This document shows, in pieces, positions 32,294-41,334 of a stretch of DNA of 64,000 nucleotides. This stretch comes from an uncultured Chlamydiales bacterium (GTDB lineage Bacteria > Chlamydiota > Chlamydiia > Chlamydiales > Rhabdochlamydiaceae). The stretch spans positions 960,001 through 1,024,000 of the forward strand of contig OY969554.1 in assembly GCA_963700985.1 (NCBI GenBank). Reading direction: 5' to 3'. Position numbers and translations under genes: made by a program. The notes beneath the pieces were generated by a model. The model searched no databases. It saw only the letters and a program-made list of their open reading frames with translations, and was not told the origin of the DNA. Every line of letters starts with the position of its first letter. The stretch's first letter is position 1.

Positions 32294-33202
32294 ATGTCTG
32301 TTGTAAAGCGTATTTTTTTATTTCTGGTGATCAACGCGCTTGTACTGGTCACACTCTCATTAGTTCTAAATCTCTTAAATGTTCGCCCCTATCTCACGGC
32401 TTACGGCATCGACTACAAATCTCTCATGATTTTCTGTCTAGTTTGGGGAATGGGAGGCGCATTTATCTCCTTTGCACTCTCGCGCATCATGGCCAAATGG
32501 CTCATGGGTGTGAAAATCATCGATCCTAATACGCATGACACGCAGCTGCGCTCTCTTGTCACACTGGTGCATCGCCTTGCAAGACAAGCGAACCTATCTG
32601 CTTTGCCAGAAGTAGGCATCTATGACGCCAAAGAAGTAAATGCCTTTGCCACGGGCCCTTCACAACGCCGAGCGCTGGTAGCTGTCTCGCGCGGACTACT
32701 TGAAAGAATGTCTGAATCGGAAATTGAAGGCGTGCTGGCGCATGAAATCACGCATATCGCCAATGGCGATATGGTCACCATGACACTTCTACAAGGCATT
32801 GTTAACGCCTTTGTTATGTTCTTGGCACGCATCCTTGCCTCCATCTTCTCAGGCATGGGACGCGGCCGAGACCAATCAAGCGGAGCCTCTTATGGCTCTT
32901 ACATGATCATGGTGTTTGTCTTTGAAGTGCTGTTTATGGTGCTCGGCTCGCTTGTGATTGCAGCCTATTCGCGTTTTAGAGAGTTTCGGGCTGATGCAGG
33001 CGGAGCGCGCCTTGCCGGCAAAGAGAAGATGATTGCAGCTTTAGTATCGCTGCAGGGAACTCAAAAAATCATGAGCCCACAAGCCGAGAAAGCCGCCTTC
33101 CAGGCATTTAAAATCTCGACACGCAACAAGTCAGGCTTCCTAGCGCTTTTTGCCACACACCCTCCGCTTGAAACCAGAATTGAAAGATTAAAGCAGCTTT
33201 AG
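32294..33202 (+). CDS. htpX: Membrane zinc protease HtpX
   Basis: NAFATG, HEITHIANGDMVT, SRFREFRAD, THPPL. Confidence 0.96.
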   Translation: MSVVKRIFLFLVINALVLVTLSLVLNLLNVRPYLTAYGIDYKSLMIFCLVWGMGGAFISFALSRIMAKWLMGVKIIDPNTHDTQLRSLVTLVHRLARQANLSALPEVGIYDAKEVNAFATGPSQRRALVAVSRGLLERMSESEIEGVLAHEITHIANGDMVTMTLLQGIVNAFVMFLARILASIFSGMGRGRDQSSGASYGSYMIMVFVFEVLFMVLGSLVIAAYSRFREFRADAGGARLAGKEKMIAALVSLQGTQKIMSPQAEKAAFQAFKISTRNKSGFLALFATHPPLETRIERLKQL

Positions 33203-33254
33203 CTAGTTTCATGAGCCGTCCTTAATGTCCTTTGTCCATTAAGCTCAAAAAGAA

Positions 33255-34601
33255 TTAAGCAAGCGTGCTTTTTTCTGCAGGAAGAAGAGCAAAGTGATGG
33301 TCTAATGGGGTGAGCAGGCCTTTTTCAATGCTGTAGACAGCGTCTGGCTGCATGATCTCGCAGAGGTTTCTTAAGCTTTCGCATTTGAGGACAATAAAGT
33401 CGACCTCAGCCAATGACGAGAGAAGAGAGACGAATTCTTCATCTGGCTCATTATCGCGCACATAGACGATGAGCTTTTTCTCATCTTCTTTGCCAGAAAG
33501 TTTGCGGATACTTCGGAAAAGGACAGTTGACATGCCGTAGTTACTTTCAAGACCGAGAACGATAAAGCGTTTGCCTTTGAGCGCTTGCTGCAATGCAAAG
33601 AGATGTTCTTCATCAAAGATCTTATTCTCGACATCGTATTCGAGCAGGCGTTTGGCCATATCAGCTAGGTGGATGCAAGCACAGCCGAGGCGCTCGATTG
33701 CCATACCAGCTGCAATATTGGCCAGTTGCGCCGCATGCTTAATATCGAGACCATTAGCGAGTGCAATGCTAATCATCGCCAGCACCGTGTCACCTGCACC
33801 CGTTACATCTTTGACTTCTTTGGAGCGCACGGGAAAGTCGAATCTCTCGCCTTGGCGATCGAACAGAGACATGCCCTGCTCTGAACGCGTAATGAGAAGC
33901 ATGTCGACATTGCAAGAGTGCAAAATCTTAGCTGAAACCTGATCTAAGTGAACATCATTTGTCATTTTAGCAGCGGCATAGGCTTCAGTCTGATTAGGCT
34001 TAAGCACCGTGGCGCCTTGATATTTGGAAAAATCATCGCCCTTTGGATCTACAATGACTGGAATGTTGCGCGCTTTGGCCATCTCAAAAAGAGCCATGAG
34101 CAGTGAGCGAGAGAGAAAGCCTTTGCCATAATCTGACACAGCGATGATCTGGATATTTTCTAAAAGTGTAGGCAGCTGATCGACAACTGTTTGTTCTAAG
34201 TCTTCAGCGATGGTTGAATAGGTTTCAAAGTCGACGCGGAGCACTTGCTGTGCATCGGCGATCAGGCGGTTTTTAACCGGAGTTTTAAAGCCTTTTTCAA
34301 TAAAAAGTCCGCTGACATCTACGCCCATCTTCTCTAATTCAGAACGAATCGTTCCACCCGCATCATCACGGCCGATACGGCCAATGGCTTTAACCTTCGC
34401 TCCCAAAGAAATTAAGTTAAGCACGACGTTACCGGCGCCACCTGGGAGACTCTCTTCACGCTGCACAAGCAGAACTGGTACGGGAGCTTCGGGAGAGATG
34501 CGTTTGACTTTGCCCGTGATATAGGTATCTAGCATAAAGTCCCCGATCACGAGGATATTGGCTGGACAGAAGCGGCTGAGCATTCCGACTAATTTTACCA
34601 T
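33255..34601 (-). CDS. hldE: Heptose-7-phosphate kinase (HldE/RfaE-like) with degenerate C-terminal domain
   Basis: GDFMLDTY..RISPEAPVPV, SDYGKG, DVTGAGDTV; the C-terminal region lacks HxGH. Confidence 0.85.
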   Translation of the reverse strand: MVKLVGMLSRFCPANILVIGDFMLDTYITGKVKRISPEAPVPVLLVQREESLPGGAGNVVLNLISLGAKVKAIGRIGRDDAGGTIRSELEKMGVDVSGLFIEKGFKTPVKNRLIADAQQVLRVDFETYSTIAEDLEQTVVDQLPTLLENIQIIAVSDYGKGFLSRSLLMALFEMAKARNIPVIVDPKGDDFSKYQGATVLKPNQTEAYAAAKMTNDVHLDQVSAKILHSCNVDMLLITRSEQGMSLFDRQGERFDFPVRSKEVKDVTGAGDTVLAMISIALANGLDIKHAAQLANIAAGMAIERLGCACIHLADMAKRLLEYDVENKIFDEEHLFALQQALKGKRFIVLGLESNYGMSTVLFRSIRKLSGKEDEKKLIVYVRDNEPDEEFVSLLSSLAEVDFIVLKCESLRNLCEIMQPDAVYSIEKGLLTPLDHHFALLPAEKSTLA

Positions 34602-34605
34602 CGCT

Positions 34606-35610
34606 TTACCATCGATTGTCCACTAAAAGATAATTGCGCACGTAATCGCCTACGGCTTCTTTAACATTAAACTGAAAGGGCTTTTTTGTAGAGTTATAGC
34701 CATGCTTAGTGAAGTATTTGGTCATGTCAGCACAGGTGTAATTCTGATACTGCTTCACAAGATCTGTCGGCATATCGACATATTCGATTACTGGAGGGCG
34801 GCTAGCTGCATGAAAAAGCGCATTCGAAAGATGATTCCATGTTGTCGCCTCACCCATGCCAATATTGAAGATCCCACCCAGTGAATTATCCAAGAAATCA
34901 CAGGTCATTTTGACCGCGTCTTTGACATAGATGAAATCGCGCATCTGATCGCCATGCCCAAATTTTTGTGGCTCTGAGGATTTAAACAGGCGAATTTTGC
35001 CATCGCTAAGCACAGCCGGAAGCATTTTGTAAACCATCGAGGCCATGCGTCCTTTGTGGTTTTCGTTCGGGCCATAAACATTAAAATATTTCAAGCCAAC
35101 CAGGCGATCGAGCACACCTTGGCGTTTAGCCCACTGATCGAAAAGATGTTTCGAAAAGCCATATAAGTTGAGAGGCTTTAATTCGTCGATTAAGTCATGA
35201 TCATCAGAAAAGCCGAGTTGGCCGTCGCCATAAGTAGCTGCAGAGGAAGCGTAGATAAAACGCTGGCCATGTTTAAGCGCATATTCTGCCAGGAGCACCG
35301 TAAAACGGTAGTTATTCTCCATGAGATAGTCGCCATCAGCTTCGAGGGTATCAGAGCAGGCGCCTAGATGGATAAATGCCCTAACTTCCTTTTCTCTTCC
35401 TTTCAGCCACTCAAAAAGCACATGACGTGAAATGAAGTCCGTGAATTTTTTCCCCAGAAGGTTCTTCCACTTCTCAGTTTTTTTGATGTCATCAACCAGA
35501 ACGAGGTTTTCAAACCCTAGGTCATTAAGATGGCGCACAAGACACGAGCCAATAAAACCAGCCGCGCCAGTGACTACAATCAGGGGGTTTTCTTCTTTAG
35601 CAAATTCCAT
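34606..35610 (-). CDS. hldD: ADP-L-glycero-D-manno-heptose 6-epimerase
   Basis: TGAAGFIGS, HLGACSDT, YASSAATYG, YGFSK, YFNVYGP.E.HKGRMAS. Confidence 0.94.
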   Translation of the reverse strand: MEFAKEENPLIVVTGAAGFIGSCLVRHLNDLGFENLVLVDDIKKTEKWKNLLGKKFTDFISRHVLFEWLKGREKEVRAFIHLGACSDTLEADGDYLMENNYRFTVLLAEYALKHGQRFIYASSAATYGDGQLGFSDDHDLIDELKPLNLYGFSKHLFDQWAKRQGVLDRLVGLKYFNVYGPNENHKGRMASMVYKMLPAVLSDGKIRLFKSSEPQKFGHGDQMRDFIYVKDAVKMTCDFLDNSLGGIFNIGMGEATTWNHLSNALFHAASRPPVIEYVDMPTDLVKQYQNYTCADMTKYFTKHGYNSTKKPFQFNVKEAVGDYVRNYLLVDNRW

Positions 35611-35621
35611 ATGCACGCAGT

Positions 35622-36488
35622 TTAGCAAAAGGTGGGAAATTCATACCACTTTTCCTCGCTTCTTCGCACAAAATCCACCGGATAAAAATCTACTTTGGCA
35701 ATATTTGGCGCAACTTCTTTGCCTAAACAGAAAAAAGCTGTGCCACTACCAGTCATAACGACATCTTCAAAATTCTGATTCAACTCATGTTTGAGCGTAA
35801 GCAACTCAGGGGCGAGTTTAAAAGAAGCAGGCTCGAGATCATTGAAAAAGTGAGGCTTTCCATCAAAGAAACTGGCAAGCGCTTGTTTTGGATCACGAGC
35901 CTCAAGTGTTGCCACTTGGGTATTCTGATAAACCAGAGGGGTACTGAGTCCGCTTTTCGGCTTAGCAATCCATCCTTTCTGAATAGATAAAGGCGCGAGG
36001 TTAGAGAGTATCTCCCCGCGTCCTTCACAATAAGCAGTTCCATTAGAAAAAAAGAAGCTCACATCACTGCCGATTTCTGCAGACCAGAGTTTCAACTCAG
36101 AAAGAGAAGCCGGGCTGCCCGCAAGTGTATTCAAAGCCCATAAGGTTGTGGCCGCATTGCTGCTACCGCCGCCGAGGCCCGCTTGAATAGGAATACGTTT
36201 TAAGAGATGAAAGTGCGCATGAATAGCAAGACCGGTTTTTTTGCGAAAAAGGTCTGCGGCACGCAGAACTAAATTTGAACGATCGCAAGCCAGAGTGGGA
36301 TCATCACAAGTTAAACGATCTTCATCTGCGCATTTAACTTCTAACTGATCGCCTAAGCTTAGGCTTTGATACAAAGAGGCTATCTCGTGATAGCCATCTA
36401 AGCGTTTTTTTATGACACGAAAAAAAAGATTAACTTTCGCAGGTGAGAAGAGGACAAGATGACCTCCAAAATGATTTGGAGGTATCAC
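35622..36488 (-). CDS. ispE: CDP-ME kinase
   Basis: PAKVNL..DGYHEI, IPIQAGLGGGSSNAA, MTGSG. Confidence 0.96.
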   Translation of the reverse strand: MIPPNHFGGHLVLFSPAKVNLFFRVIKKRLDGYHEIASLYQSLSLGDQLEVKCADEDRLTCDDPTLACDRSNLVLRAADLFRKKTGLAIHAHFHLLKRIPIQAGLGGGSSNAATTLWALNTLAGSPASLSELKLWSAEIGSDVSFFFSNGTAYCEGRGEILSNLAPLSIQKGWIAKPKSGLSTPLVYQNTQVATLEARDPKQALASFFDGKPHFFNDLEPASFKLAPELLTLKHELNQNFEDVVMTGSGTAFFCLGKEVAPNIAKVDFYPVDFVRRSEEKWYEFPTFC

Positions 36489-36977
36489 TTAAGCCTGCTG
36501 AACAGGTTTCTCAGGCAGCGCTGTTTCACTTTCAATTTTGAGTGTGAAAGCTGCAGGAACGCCTTCTTTTAAACGTAGGTTGAAAGGATGCACACCCAGC
36601 ACCTTAATCGGATGCACGAGCAGCAAATTGCGTCTTTCTAGCGTTACGCCTTCGTTTTCAAAAAGTTGTAGGATGTCGGTTGCGCCAACAGAACCATACA
36701 TATGGCCTTCTGGATCAACTTTCACTTTAATTATGAGCTCCATGCCGTTGATACGCGCAGAGAGTGCATCCGCTTCTTTTTTGTCCACTTCAGCACGTAG
36801 TGCACGTTCTTCTTTCAAACGAGCTTGCATGCGCAAAGCGTTTTTATCAGCAACAACTCCTCTCTTCTTAGGAAGGAGAAAATTGCGTGCATATCCTGGC
36901 TTCACTTTCACGATCTCGCCGCTGCGTCCAAGATCATCCACGTCGTCGATGAGTAGTAATTGGTATTGTCTTACCAT
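36489..36977 (-). CDS. rplI: 50S ribosomal protein L9
   Basis: LGRSGEIVKVKPGYARNFLLP. Confidence 0.98.
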   Translation of the reverse strand: MVRQYQLLLIDDVDDLGRSGEIVKVKPGYARNFLLPKKRGVVADKNALRMQARLKEERALRAEVDKKEADALSARINGMELIIKVKVDPEGHMYGSVGATDILQLFENEGVTLERRNLLLVHPIKVLGVHPFNLRLKEGVPAAFTLKIESETALPEKPVQQA

Positions 36978-36990
36978 TGTCGTTCTCCTA

Positions 36991-37269
36991 TTAATCTTGG
37001 GCTACAAAAGGCAGTAAGGCCATGTGCCTTGCTCTTTTGATCGCCTGTGCGAGTTGTCTTTGGTGATAAGAAGAAACCCCAGTGATACGGCGAGGAATAA
37101 TTTTTCCACGCTCTGTAACAAACTGTACGAGGGTATCAATATCTTTATAATCAATATGTCGAACTCCAGCTGCCGTAAAAGGACACTGTTTGCGCCTTCT
37201 GACAAATGGTCCTTCGGGTATGTTGCTCTTTTTTGGAGGGACGCCCTTTTTAAAATTGCTAGTCGTCAT
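36991..37269 (-). CDS. rpsR: 30S ribosomal protein S18
   Basis: [23 protein letters not shown]. Confidence 0.98.
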   Translation of the reverse strand: MTTSNFKKGVPPKKSNIPEGPFVRRRKQCPFTAAGVRHIDYKDIDTLVQFVTERGKIIPRRITGVSSYHQRQLAQAIKRARHMALLPFVAQD

Positions 37270-37279
37270 TTCCCTGTCC

Positions 37280-37621
37280 TCACTCTTGAACTATCTGTTT
37301 AAATTCCAATGTTTCCATCACTTTTTCTGTTCTCAGTGTGAGGAAACGAATGAGATCCTCATTGAGGTGATATTCTTTCCACATCTCTTTGATCGACGGA
37401 GTTGGCACAGAAAAATAAATTAAATAATAGTACCCTTCACGCCGTCCATTAATCTCATAAGCTAACTTGTGTCGGCCTTGATCGTGGATTTTATGGATCT
37501 CCCCTTCTTTTCCTAAGATCGAAGAGGTGATCTTATCGAGAGCTTTTTGACGCGCTTCCTCGCTTAGAGTAGCACTGAGGATATACATCCCTTCATAAAG
37601 CTGCTTCGTCTGCTTTGCCAT
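37280..37621 (-). CDS. rpsF: 30S ribosomal protein S6
   Basis: YEGMYIL, G.HKLAYEI..EGYY. Confidence 0.97.
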   Translation of the reverse strand: MAKQTKQLYEGMYILSATLSEEARQKALDKITSSILGKEGEIHKIHDQGRHKLAYEINGRREGYYYLIYFSVPTPSIKEMWKEYHLNEDLIRFLTLRTEKVMETLEFKQIVQE

Positions 37622-37684
37622 ATCGTTTCATTCTCCAATTTTGCGTAAGCGATCTTTTGGTCTATTATCGATCGCTTACATTCA

Positions 37685-38269
37685 TCAATCTTTTCCGTTG
37701 AAAGCGCGCATTGCGCCTTCAATTCCCAAAGAGAGCCAACTCTCTACTGCCTCGGTTGCATTTTCGATGACCTGAGGTAAGTTCTGCTTCTCTTCAGAAG
37801 TAAATTTCCCAAGCACATGCTCGGTGAGCGCTTCACCGATCTGTTCTCCGATCCCGACTCGCAGGCGCGGATACTCAGATGTTCCAAGGTGCTGCTCTAT
37901 GCTTTTAAGACCATTATGGCCTCCACTACTTCCTTTGGCTCTAAAGCGCAGCCTGCCAAAAGGAAGAGCGATGTCGTCACAAACTACCAGCAAATTTTCG
38001 TGCGCAATTTCAAAATATTGCTGGCACACACGCACTGCTTCACCACTGCTGTTCATGTAAGTCAAGGGCAGCAGCAGCACTATCTTTTTCCCTTCAAAAT
38101 TCCCCTGAGCTAGCTCTGCCGCAAAACCAGAGGTTTGGCGAAAAGCCAACCCTTTTTTCTGCGCGTATGCTCTTAGCACACGAAAGCCGATATTATGCCG
38201 CGTTTCGTCATAAGCCTTGCCAGGGTTGCCAAGTCCTACAATCAGATACTTTTGCACCCCTTCGGCCAT
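37685..38269 (-). CDS. pth: Peptidyl-tRNA hydrolase
   Basis: GLGNPG..TRHNIGF, YMNSSG, GGHNGLKSI. Confidence 0.98.
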   Translation of the reverse strand: MAEGVQKYLIVGLGNPGKAYDETRHNIGFRVLRAYAQKKGLAFRQTSGFAAELAQGNFEGKKIVLLLPLTYMNSSGEAVRVCQQYFEIAHENLLVVCDDIALPFGRLRFRAKGSSGGHNGLKSIEQHLGTSEYPRLRVGIGEQIGEALTEHVLGKFTSEEKQNLPQVIENATEAVESWLSLGIEGAMRAFNGKD

Positions 38270-38279
38270 AGCTCAATCA

Positions 38280-38849
38280 TTAACGTTTAGCAATCACTAC
38301 CACTACTTCATCCAAGCCCGCTAATGGACGAACGCCTTTTGGAAGCACGATGTCCGAAAGACGCTTAGATTGGGCAATGCCCAACTCACGCACATCGATC
38401 ATAAATTCAGTGGGGATATGTTTTGGCAGACATTCTACTTTTACAAAGCGAATGACTTGTCTTAAAAACCCACCCAATTTAACACCTGCGCAATCAACGC
38501 CGCCTGTGATATTAATTGGCACTTTCACTTGAACAAGCACATCATCATTTAGCTCTTCAAAATCGAGGTGCGAAACTTGATAGTTCGTAATTTCATATTG
38601 CACTTCTTTCAGAATCGCTTTGCGTTGCTTGTTGCCCAAAACCAGTGTAAACACTGTTGTAGGAAGCTGTCCGCTTTTAATACTTCTCATTGCGGTAGCA
38701 TATTCTGTGCCATTCACAACGATCATTTCCGGTTCTTTCCCTGGAGCATAAATAATGCCTGGGATATTGCCTTCGCGCCTTAGCTGCTTCGTATCGCTCT
38801 TTTTCTGGCTGGCACGGGCCGTCACTGTAAATTTCATGGTCTTCTCCAT
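38280..38849 (-). CDS. rplY: 50S ribosomal protein L25/Ctc
   Basis: LRREGNIPGIIY, HLDF, GVKLGG. Confidence 0.95.
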   Translation of the reverse strand: MEKTMKFTVTARASQKKSDTKQLRREGNIPGIIYAPGKEPEMIVVNGTEYATAMRSIKSGQLPTTVFTLVLGNKQRKAILKEVQYEITNYQVSHLDFEELNDDVLVQVKVPINITGGVDCAGVKLGGFLRQVIRFVKVECLPKHIPTEFMIDVRELGIAQSKRLSDIVLPKGVRPLAGLDEVVVVIAKR

Positions 38850-38921
38850 TCGTCTTCTTCTAAATAAATTGTATACGCATGTCCGTGAAGCTAGAAAAAA
38901 TCGGCTTCTTCAGACCACAAG

Positions 38922-39869
38922 TCAAGGCGATGATGTACTAAACAGGGAAGAGATTGACTTCGCACCGACGATAGAATCTATCGCCTTAGCAAAAAGAGGG
39001 GCTACGGACACGATCTCGAGTCTCTCTTGATTGATCTCGGGAGTCAATGGCACCGTATTACTAACCAGCATCTTCTCAATCGCACTTTCTTCGAACGCCT
39101 TTCCAACAAAGAGGCCATGTGTAACTGCACCGCAAACTCGCTCTGCGCCTGCATCTTTACATACCATAGCCGCCGTCTTCAGCGTCTCTCCTGTCGAGCA
39201 GATGTCATCGACGATCAGGACATCTTTGCCCTTCACGTCCCCTATAAGGGCATTCATCTCTACTCGCTTTGCACTAACTCGACGCTTGTCCACAATTGCA
39301 TATTCGCATTTAAGCGCTTCTGCAAAGGAACGCGCTAACTTAACACTCCCAACGTCTGGAGCCACCACCACACACTTGTTCAACTTTAAACGCTGCACGC
39401 CTTCTAAGAGCACGGGCCGAGCGTAAAGGTTGTCCACTGGGATGTTGAAAAACCCCTGAATCTGCTCTGTATGCAGATCCATTGAGAGCACTCTAGTTAC
39501 TCCAGCTCGCTCAAGAAGATCAGCGACGAGTTTAGCCGTAATCGGCTCTCTTGCTGTTCCCTTGCGATCTTGGCGCGCATACCCAAAATAGGGCAGCATA
39601 GCCACGATCGATCGAGCGGAGGCGCGCTTCATAGCGTCGACCAAAATCAACAATTCCATGAGATAGAGATTGGGATGTCGTGCGACAGACTGCAAAAGGA
39701 AGACATCCCTACCACGGACGTTGTCTAAAACATGAACGCCTATCTCACCATCTGGAAAAGTCTCAATTGTCACCTTACCAAGTTGCACTCCGACACAGTT
39801 TGCAATTTGCTCGGCCAGCTCCGGGTGGGAGGTGCCTGCAAAGAGCATATATCCATTATCATTGTGCAT
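38922..39869 (-). CDS. prs: Ribose-phosphate pyrophosphokinase
   Basis: FPDGE, PYFGYARQDRK, DLH, VDDICSTGET; likely start ATG 39869, downstream of the tRNA. Confidence 0.96.
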   Translation of the reverse strand: MHNDNGYMLFAGTSHPELAEQIANCVGVQLGKVTIETFPDGEIGVHVLDNVRGRDVFLLQSVARHPNLYLMELLILVDAMKRASARSIVAMLPYFGYARQDRKGTAREPITAKLVADLLERAGVTRVLSMDLHTEQIQGFFNIPVDNLYARPVLLEGVQRLKLNKCVVVAPDVGSVKLARSFAEALKCEYAIVDKRRVSAKRVEMNALIGDVKGKDVLIVDDICSTGETLKTAAMVCKDAGAERVCGAVTHGLFVGKAFEESAIEKMLVSNTVPLTPEINQERLEIVSVAPLFAKAIDSIVGAKSISSLFSTSSP

Positions 39870-39882
39870 CTTGTTTACTACT

Positions 39883-39954
<72 letters not shown>

Positions 39955-40091
39955 TCAAATGGCAAATATTAAAAATTCAAAGAACCATGCTACTAAAGCA
40001 GCAGATTTTAAAGCAATATATGAAGACAACCTTCCCTCTTGCGCGATATTTCCAGTATTTTTGAAATTTTTTTTAATGATACCGACTATAG

Positions 40092-40315
40092 ACATGTCGG
40101 ATGGTGCGTCCGTTGGCGCCCCTCCTGCGACCACCTTGCGCCTCACCTCGACTTGCCAAATCGCGTGCTCGGAAGCGGTCCGTGCACAGCACTGTCCCGC
40201 CCGCCTTTTGGCTTTCCTGCGCTGCAATTTTGCTTCGCGATCTGAGTCGTTGGGCTGCTCAACGCGTTCCCTCCCCATTAGCTTCGCTTGGGGCCCCTTC
40301 CACGTCATCTCGCAG
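40092..40315 (-). repeat. Structured GC-rich element, copy 1 (ncRNA or palindromic mobile element)
   Basis: Reverse complement aligns end to end with 40356-40596 (CTGCGAGA...CCGACATGT), with compensatory stem changes. Confidence 0.8.
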
Positions 40316-40355
40316 AACCTGCATAAAATGAAAAAGCAACCTTCTTAGAATAGCA

Positions 40356-40596
40356 CTGCGAGACGACGCGAGAAGGACCCGCACCGCAAGGTGTGGGAAG
40401 CGAGCGCTCGAGCAGCCCGCGGCCTCGGATCGCAAAGCAAAATCGCACCCGCAGGAGAGCCGTAAGGCGTACGGGGTTGTACTGCGTACACCCCGTCTAC
40501 GAGGATGCGATTTGGCAAAGCGAGGCGAGGCTCAAGGGGGCCAGCGGGGTGGTTCCGAGAGGGACACGTAAGTGCCCTCCAGAACCCCCGACATGT
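40356..40596 (+). repeat. Structured GC-rich element, copy 2
   Basis: Nested stems; three c-GNRA-g loops (GCAA, GTAA, GTAA); homologous to copy 1. Confidence 0.8.
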
Positions 40597-40647
40597 GAGA
40601 AAGAGGCTAAGAAAAAACCAAACATTCCCAAAAAAATAAATTACTTA

Positions 40648-41277
40648 TTATTGGGGGTGGGTGTTGATGATGTGTTTGAAGCGGCGGGAGGCTTGGTAGT
40701 GCTCGATGATGGGGTCGTCTATGGCTTTTTCATCGCCTGGGTGTCCGGCAACTTTGTACCAAGCGAGCGGCAGATTGCGCAGATCGATGCCCATCGCCTT
40801 GAACTCTTTGCTTAAAAGCACATCTCTAAGACCAGCCTGATCCCAGAACTCTTCCGTACGGTTCTCGCGCATCATCTCTTTAACACACGTTTGCGCCCAT
40901 TTGCGCAAAAGCTCCTGCGACTTTTCCGTGTAATTAGCAAAAACAGTCCCAGACATCACTTTGGAGAGATTTGTATCTGGCAGCTCAGGATTGATCCGCA
41001 CAGCAAAGTCTGCAGAGAAAACATCCAGTAAAGGAGGCTGCTTTACAAACACCGCATCCGCATCCACCCATAACACCTTTTTTTTGAGCTCTTGCAGCTT
41101 CTGATAGAGAAAAAAAGGTTTAAAGGCGCAATTGAGCTCCCAGCTTCCAAATGAGTCGATCCCATCAATTGAGGTTTCCAAACCAAATTTCTTGCAAGAA
41201 GCAATTAAGTTTTTGACTTCATCTTGATAAGGGGTGTTCTTTGTAAAAAAAGAAACGATGACAGGAAAATTTGCCAT
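40648..41277 (-). CDS. Putative nucleotide-diphospho-sugar transferase
   Basis: KPFFL..VLWVDADAVF (DxD), SGTVF, WDQAGL, IEHYQASR. Confidence 0.75.
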   Translation of the reverse strand: MANFPVIVSFFTKNTPYQDEVKNLIASCKKFGLETSIDGIDSFGSWELNCAFKPFFLYQKLQELKKKVLWVDADAVFVKQPPLLDVFSADFAVRINPELPDTNLSKVMSGTVFANYTEKSQELLRKWAQTCVKEMMRENRTEEFWDQAGLRDVLLSKEFKAMGIDLRNLPLAWYKVAGHPGDEKAIDDPIIEHYQASRRFKHIINTHPQ

Positions 41278-41334
41278 ATAACTCTCCGTGAGTTAAAAAA
41301 TAATTATAAGAAATCTTGTAACCCGGGCCTTTCC

